This document shows, one piece after another, positions 57,753 through 64,000 of a stretch of DNA of 64,000 bases. Each line of letters starts with the position of its first letter. Positions within the stretch are counted from its first letter, which is position 1. The notes beneath the pieces are model-generated. The model was not told the origin of the DNA. It worked only from the letters and a program-made list of their open reading frames with translations, and did no database searches. The position numbers were made by a program, and so were the translations under genes. The stretch covers positions 73,305 to 137,304 of the forward strand of contig PDIP01000082.1 in assembly GCA_002811645.1 (NCBI GenBank). Direction: 5' to 3'. The DNA is from Corallochytrium limacisporum Hawaii. Taxonomy: Eukaryota; Protista; Pluriformea.

Positions 57753-58511
57753 ATCTGCTCCAGGCTCTCCACTAAAAGAGTTTTGCTATACCGAAAGCGA
57801 TGCAAGGTTTGCGGAGCCTTCCCACAAAACTACCTCTCTATATTGGCCAGTGGGGTCCGCTATGCGAACTACTTTACATTCCGTTGGAGGTATAATTGCA
57901 TTTGGTGATTCAGGTACCTCTTTAACCACACGCACATTCAAAAGGGAACATCTTTACAGTGACTCAATACTCTAGTAAATTGAGCAAGTACACTTGACAA
58001 TCCTATGGCGCCACGCAAAATACATACGAGCACCATCAACCGGAAGCCGAAGAAAGGGAGAGCCACAAAGTCGTTCATTGCACACTGGAACCGCGCTTAT
58101 TACTGAGCGCGACAGGAAAGCGCTGTCAGTCACCAGGCATATGCCAGCGCTTCCCGAGTGTGCGATAGCCACGCAAAAGCAGGGAAGGAAGGAAAGAAAG
58201 AAGGAAAAAGGGGAGAAAAAGAAAAAGGAATCGCGACCTACCGACGCCCCCCCCCCCCACCACCTCCGCGGTGGGCTTCTCCTCCTCTCTTTTTCTCCTG
58301 CTGGGCCCAAAGGCCCAAAGGAGGCGCACACTATCTCCGTCATCCCCAAGACTCCAAAGGACCGTAACCAATCTCTTCAACCGCCACCCACCCCCCGGGG
58401 GGCCCCGGGGAGGGGTGGCCAGCTCTCTCGCGCTCTCGCGCTCTACTCCCCAAATGTCTCACTCACTCCTCCGTGTCGCCCCTTCCAAGCCCTATCAAAA
58501 TCGCGGGGCAA

Positions 58512-58770
58512 ACACACACACACACACACACACGCACGCACACATGCGTACCGGGAGCACGACGAATCCATAAAAAAAGTCCGTGCATGTGCTTTTCCTC
58601 CGTCCTCCCGCCCAAGTACCCAACACAAGAAAAAAGAAAAGAACCGGAGGAGAGGCAGATAACAACGGAGAAAAGGAAGAAAAAAAGAATAAAAAAAAAC
58701 GCCATAGCGAGAATTGCCAAAAGAAAGGGAGAAGAAAGGGCGGCAAGCAAACACACACACACACACACAC
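58512..58770. repeat. Two (CA)n microsatellites (58512-58533 and 58751-58770), each preceded by GGCAA
   Basis: About 10 AC units each. Confidence 0.85.
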
Positions 58771-59698
58771 GGGAGCCCTTGAAATTAGAAAAGCATAGAG
58801 AAAAATAGATCCCCATTCCTCCTGCCTCTCTCTCTCTCTCTCCCCGGCCCTTTCTTTCCCGGCGCCCCCCCCCCCTGCTCCGCGGTACGATTGGCCTGCA
58901 GGACAGACAAAGTTAACAAAGTTGGAAGAAAAGCCACAACACAGGCTAAACAGCGAGGCTAAGCGACGGGTGGACCAGCAGGCCCAAAGTAAACCAAAAA
59001 AAAAATAAGGCCATAACGTACTGCGTGGCCCGGGGAAAAAAGTCACCGAAACTTGGGCCACGCGTGCTTTCGAAGGTGTGGGTCGAGAAAAGTCTGAAGA
59101 GGAAAACCACACTCGGGTTCTGATAGTGAATGAATGGTACTGGAATTGAGGCGCGAATGAAAAAGGTCCGGAGGCCCCGTGTTTCCCCTCCCCCCCCTCC
59201 CCTCCCAAGAAAAAACAATTAAAAGAAAATCAAGAGAAAAACGTCGGGGAGGGGAGAGGGTTGTGCCCGTCTTTGTTTCTCCTCCTTCAGTCTTTCTTCC
59301 TTCGGAGGCTTGGGTAGTGGTTAACGGGGGGGGGGGTTCAGTCGGGAGCGAGATGGCGAGAGAAGGACCCCCCACGGGGGAGAGGAGGAGAGGGCCTGGA
59401 CCTGGGGCCTGGGACAGGCACGGAAAGCTCAGGTCGGCGGACATCGCCACCGGTCCCCTCGGGGGCCCTGGGCTAAGATCGGGTCCCGGTGTCATTCAGC
59501 GCGTAGAAAGCGGCTATGCTGGTATTTGATGCCATGATCAGTATCATCATGTGGTGGTTAATTGAATCTGTGCCATCAGAAGGGAGATGCATTCACACGC
59601 AGCTGCCGACCAGCACTGAACGGGAGTGCGGTCGCCTATAACGGAGGTCAAACATGTAGAAATTATGTACATCTGTGGATAAAATCATATCAGCCAAG

Positions 59699-61603
59699 AT
59701 GGCAAAGGACATCGATTATAGCAAGGCCATTAAAAGCCTTGGAGAAGGAGCAGTTTTCCAATGCAATGTACGTCAGAAAGCGGAAGGCTCCGGTTTACTA
59801 GTTATCACGGAAAGTTATGTTGCCTTTATTGCAGACTCTTCGCCGGAGCAAATCATGGTGCGCATTCCCCATAGCCGTATCGAAAGTCAAAAGATATCGC
59901 CTGAACGTGTAGAGAAAGTTCAATTGCAAGTGATTCTGTATGGAGGGAAAGAAAAGGTAACTTTTCACTTCGCCATGGAAAGGTCTGAAGCATTGAAGAT
60001 CCGGGAACGGGTGAAAGATCTGCTTTTGCAGGCAATGCGCAAGCACAAGGCAGCTAGAGAAGAACAAGAACGGTTACAGTCACAGAAAGCGAAAGTACAG
60101 CCCGGCGACGAAGAACCGACTGCACCTCGGCCACGGGATAGGCGTCTCTCCACCCAGTCCGCCGCGGGAGATGATCCTGTCCTGATACATAAGTTGCACC
60201 TGCTCAAGAATGACCCTGAGCTCTTACATCTTTACCAAGACCTCTGTAGTAGTGGTGGTGGAAGCCGTCCGGTATTAACCCCAGAGGAATTTTGGGCCCA
60301 GCACCAGGACCTTTTGCAGGACGTACAGGATCAGCAGAGTAGAAACAAAGGACCCGGCCGACAGCCGGGTGTGCTTAGTACGATGTTCGGTGGTGTAGAC
60401 GCAGAGAGCACGCTAAAGGGTGAAATGGAAATGACGCCCGTACAAATGAACGCTATCTTCCAAACCTATCCTCTCGTACGTGAGGCTTACAAACGGAATG
60501 TGGAGAGTGTACCACCGAAGCTGAAACCGGGGCAGTTCTGGAGCAAGTTCTTCACGTCCCATTTGTTTGCGGACGTGAACAAAAAGAGGAGTCAGACTTC
60601 GCTCACGGGAACAATCTCTAGGACCGCTGACGATGAGCTGGCCGATGTTTTTGCAAAGGGGATCGATGGAGCAGATATTGATTACGAAGGCATGATGGCT
60701 ACCAAGCGGCAACGATTGATTGACATCACCGGAGACGATGACTACTACACGGTGGACCAAGCTCAGGCCCCGGAGGACAGGCCACAGATCGACGAACAGG
60801 CTTTGGCAGGTGATGCCGTCTTGCAGCGTAAGCGACTCCAGAACATTCGCTCGTACAATCAGCACTCCCTGCGCGTCTTACAAGCATGTCATGTCGTGAG
60901 CAAAGAATTGTCAAGTGGCAATGTCAGTGCTAAAGTCGTAGACAAGGCCTTGCGTGAAAGTAATCTGCTGGAAGATCTTGAACAAGAGAAGGAAGTTGCG
61001 GGAAAGCCTCTGAAGATCAAGGACACCGCGATGTATATTAATGAGAGTGCAGGTGATATTGGAAAAGCGGATCAGATGGCTGTCGACGATGGTTTCAGCA
61101 ACGAGGCAGCGGTGGCTAAACTGGCAGACAGTGCCCGTGCCTGTGGATGGATGCTGAAGGAGATGGAAAAATGGCAAAAACTGGATCTCAGCTTCCGACC
61201 GAATCCCGATACGGCGCAGGAATTTCTGGTCTCCTCTACGCGAGAAGCGATGGAAGCTCTGAAGGACCCCAGAGGAAGCTTTGCTAAACGCGTACCGGGA
61301 GCATTGCAGGATCAGTTCCGGCGACAATCAAGTATCGTGTGGGAACTATTGTCGCACTTCTGGCGCTGCTTTCCGTACCCGAAGATTCCTGTCCCCAATC
61401 TTTCGGACGTCGACAAGCTGGATCGTGTCATGGCCGCATTGAAGCAATGGGAAGGTCGAATTGTGAAGCGCAAGGACAGCACGGCGGCGGAGAAGTCGAT
61501 TCACGAATTTGCACCCATCTTTGATTCCCTGCTGTTGATGATTGATCAAGCCAAGAAACAGTACGATGCGTACCAGGCAAAGACCGGAAGGAAGGCCGGA
61601 TAG
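59699..61603 (+). CDS. GTF2H1: TFIIH p62 subunit (GTF2H1/Tfb1)
   Basis: N-terminal PH domain (SQKISPERVEKVQLQV); two BSD domains (LYQDL...LTPEEFWA; IFQTYPLVREAY..NV...FWSKFFTSH); ELLSHFWRCFP. First ATG is 59699. Confidence 0.93.
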   Translation: MAKDIDYSKAIKSLGEGAVFQCNVRQKAEGSGLLVITESYVAFIADSSPEQIMVRIPHSRIESQKISPERVEKVQLQVILYGGKEKVTFHFAMERSEALKIRERVKDLLLQAMRKHKAAREEQERLQSQKAKVQPGDEEPTAPRPRDRRLSTQSAAGDDPVLIHKLHLLKNDPELLHLYQDLCSSGGGSRPVLTPEEFWAQHQDLLQDVQDQQSRNKGPGRQPGVLSTMFGGVDAESTLKGEMEMTPVQMNAIFQTYPLVREAYKRNVESVPPKLKPGQFWSKFFTSHLFADVNKKRSQTSLTGTISRTADDELADVFAKGIDGADIDYEGMMATKRQRLIDITGDDDYYTVDQAQAPEDRPQIDEQALAGDAVLQRKRLQNIRSYNQHSLRVLQACHVVSKELSSGNVSAKVVDKALRESNLLEDLEQEKEVAGKPLKIKDTAMYINESAGDIGKADQMAVDDGFSNEAAVAKLADSARACGWMLKEMEKWQKLDLSFRPNPDTAQEFLVSSTREAMEALKDPRGSFAKRVPGALQDQFRRQSSIVWELLSHFWRCFPYPKIPVPNLSDVDKLDRVMAALKQWEGRIVKRKDSTAAEKSIHEFAPIFDSLLLMIDQAKKQYDAYQAKTGRKAG

Positions 61604-61727
61604 TATACGAGAGTGATAGGCAAATGCTAAAACATGTATATATTTAACATACAGATGTATTCGATGCAAAATAGGACACTTGGTGTCGCACTATGCTATG
61701 CTTACTTTACCCGCTGCTTGGTATCAT

Positions 61728-62951
61728 TTACTTGCTGTGGGCAGCCTTGACAGCCTGGAGGACATCGGCAACCAGGTCCTCAGTTTCCTCAATACCGCAG
61801 GACAGACGGATCAGGTTGTCTGTCACACCGCTCTTCTGACGCTCCTCGTGGGGAATACCGGCGTGTGTCATGACGGCGGGCAGCTCGGCCAACGACTCCA
61901 CGGCACCCAGGCTCTCGGCCAGGGTGAACACCTTGACGTTCTCGAGGAAGCGCTTGGCCTCCTCCAGACCCCCCTTAATGCGGAAGCTCACCATGCCGCC
62001 GAACCCAGTCTGCTGACGCTTAGCAATCTCGTGACCGGGGTGAGATGGCAAACCAGGGTAGATAACATCTTCGACTCCATCGGAGGCTTCCAGTGCCCGT
62101 GCCACCGCGAAAGCGTTTTCCTGGTGCTGACGCATGCGCAGGTGAAGGGTCTTCAGACCACGGTTGGCCAACCAGGCATCGAAAGGTCCCGGAATGCCAC
62201 CAAGAGCGTTCTGGAGGAAGCGCAGACGCTCGGAGAGCTTCTCGTCGTTGCTGACGGCCATACCCTGCACCACATCGCTGTGTCCGTTCATGTACTTGGT
62301 GATAGAGTGCATGACAATATCAACACCAAAGTCCAGGGGCCGCTGGAAGTAGCTGGACAGGAAAGTGTTGTCAACCACGATGATGATATCTTTGTTAAAT
62401 GCGCGAACAACCTCCACGGCTCCCTTGAGATCGATAATCTTAAGAGTAGGGTTGGTGGGAGTCTCCAGCCAAACCATCTTGGTTTCGGCAGAAAGGGCTC
62501 CCTTCAGGGCACCGAGATCAGTCGCGTCCACGAAAGTGGTTTTAATCTTCTGGGTCTCCTGAACAACCTTGCTGAAGGTACGGTGCGTACCACCGTAGAC
62601 GTCATTCATGCTCACAATCTCAGACCCGTGGGGCAGCAGTTGCACAATGGTGCTGATCGCGGCCAACCCAGAGGAGAAGCTGATGGCGTACTTGCCGTTC
62701 TCTAAAGCAGCGACACAGTTCTCGTAAGCGTCACGGGTCGGATTACCACTGCGGCTGTACTCATAACCCTTGTGGACACCGGGACTGCTCTGTGCGAAGG
62801 TGGTGCTCAAGCTGATGGGCAACGTTACAGCAGCTGTGGCAGGGTCAGGGCCCTGTCCGGCGTGGATGGCAAGTGTACCAAAGTTGGGATAAGGGGCCAA
62901 CGGGCCTTCCGCGGTGGGCGCGTGGATACCGTTTTGTCCGTGGGGTGACAT
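61728..62951 (-). CDS. CTH: Cystathionine gamma-lyase
   Basis: YEYSRSGNPTR, FSSGLAA, DVYGGT, WLETPTNP, PLP-lysine motif HSITKYMNGHSDV, AESLGAVESL. Confidence 0.96.
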   Translation of the reverse strand: MSPHGQNGIHAPTAEGPLAPYPNFGTLAIHAGQGPDPATAAVTLPISLSTTFAQSSPGVHKGYEYSRSGNPTRDAYENCVAALENGKYAISFSSGLAAISTIVQLLPHGSEIVSMNDVYGGTHRTFSKVVQETQKIKTTFVDATDLGALKGALSAETKMVWLETPTNPTLKIIDLKGAVEVVRAFNKDIIIVVDNTFLSSYFQRPLDFGVDIVMHSITKYMNGHSDVVQGMAVSNDEKLSERLRFLQNALGGIPGPFDAWLANRGLKTLHLRMRQHQENAFAVARALEASDGVEDVIYPGLPSHPGHEIAKRQQTGFGGMVSFRIKGGLEEAKRFLENVKVFTLAESLGAVESLAELPAVMTHAGIPHEERQKSGVTDNLIRLSCGIEETEDLVADVLQAVKAAHSK

Positions 62952-64000
62952 GGTTCACTAGATGTGTTGTGTCGGACTGTACTGTCTTTGAAGTTCACTA
63001 ATTGGGTTCGCTCAACGAGTGTACCTACACTTTCTGATGGCATACCCTACTAATACGGTGTCACGATTACATCCTTCACTTGCCCACTTCCACTTAAATA
63101 CCACAAGGTTCCTGACGCATCAAAAGTTCTCGCACATTCTCTGCACACCCCAGTCCTTGCTCGACACGGTCGAGTCGTGCCATCATCCCATCCCTTCGCT
63201 GACTTTCCCCAGTTCCATTTTCGGGGAGGGGGCCCCTTGTCGCGTGTGCCCGCGTCTGACTGTGTGTGCCTTGGTCCCATACTCGGTGCCCCGCACCGAC
63301 ACGATCGCAGTGCCGTCATTTCCTCACCTCTTGCGTACTCACACTCACCCAAAAAAAAAAAAATAAGAGCGTGTGTGCAGAGTGCTCTGATGATCAATGT
63401 TGGTGCTCGCTCGGGACAATATGGCATCATCGTCAGGTGTGTGGGTGTGTGTGCCCACTATGTCAGGGTCGGAGTGTGTGTGTGCAACAAGGTACTGGTG
63501 TGTCTGTCTGTGTGTGTGTTGTGTGAGAACCGAGCTCAAGCTTTCGCACCTGCCAATTCACCAAACACGCCCGCGCGCTCCAACGCGCAAAAGAATCAGA
63601 AAAAAAAATATCAAAAGACCAACAAAAAGAAAGGGAAAAGAGAATGGGAAAGGGGGAGGGGGGGGGGGATTAAGTGTTGAAAAGTGTGTTCCCGGACTTG
63701 CAGCACGCACCAAAAGAGCACGCACAGCCCAAAAAAAGGATGGTAGATGGTCGCGACCGGCTGCTGGCCGCGCTATGGTTCGGCACATTACCGGGCTCCC
63801 TATATTTGGCTGGTTGCCCCCGCGGTGGAGACGGAGAGAGAGAAGGGGGAGGGGAGAGCGTTCAAGGGTCTCAGCCAGCCAACCCCCCCCCCGGGGGCCG
63901 GGTGGCCGTGCGTGCCTGACGAAATTCTGGGACCATACCATTCCCGGATACGTGTACTTGAATTACATCTACCGATTTATAATAGTAAAATACCCTATAT

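Noticed and set aside
30137-61603. DDB1 and TFIIH p62 as a repair cluster
   Set aside because: 26 kb apart with unrelated genes between them
61700-61740. CTH ending -SK as a possible cryptic PTS1
   Set aside because: Neither read-through nor nearby splice choices give SKL-stop
61680-62705. 341-aa antisense ORF over CTH (similar ones lie over CCP1, ACOX, UFD2 and the KD-rich tail)
   Set aside because: Shadow frames produced by codon bias of the real gene; no motifs and mostly non-ATG starts

Overview
Eukaryotic, gene-dense and almost intron-free nuclear DNA with two assembly gaps. The mix of a Slingshot phosphatase, an SRSF11/SREK1-type splicing factor, mitochondrial cytochrome c peroxidase and long uninterrupted CDSs points to a unicellular holozoan. 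Corallochytrium-like is my inference and is not proven. About 21 protein genes are visible: UFD2/UBE4B, two tandem 2,4-dienoyl-CoA reductases next to an acyl-CoA oxidase, CCP1, SSH, SNU114/EFTUD2, PET117, a GNAT, DDB1, a divergent pair of related unknown secreted/membrane proteins, a KAR/HSD17B12-like SDR, an SREK1-like factor, a spliced GATA factor, an LRR protein, an ECI2-like isomerase, a zinc-finger protein resembling a transposon N-terminus, TFIIH p62, cystathionine gamma-lyase and three orphans. The most notable observations are: (1) a uORF-PET117-949 aa ORF chain joined by TAATG and ATGA stop/start overlaps, a candidate polycistronic or translationally coupled unit; (2) the unnamed two-member cell-surface family; (3) the stand-alone, possibly domesticated transposon-like module; (4) recurrent C-run/G-run palindromic elements in the intergenic regions. 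No tRNA, rRNA, CRISPR array or intact mobile element was recognised. All homology calls come from motif recognition, with no database searches.
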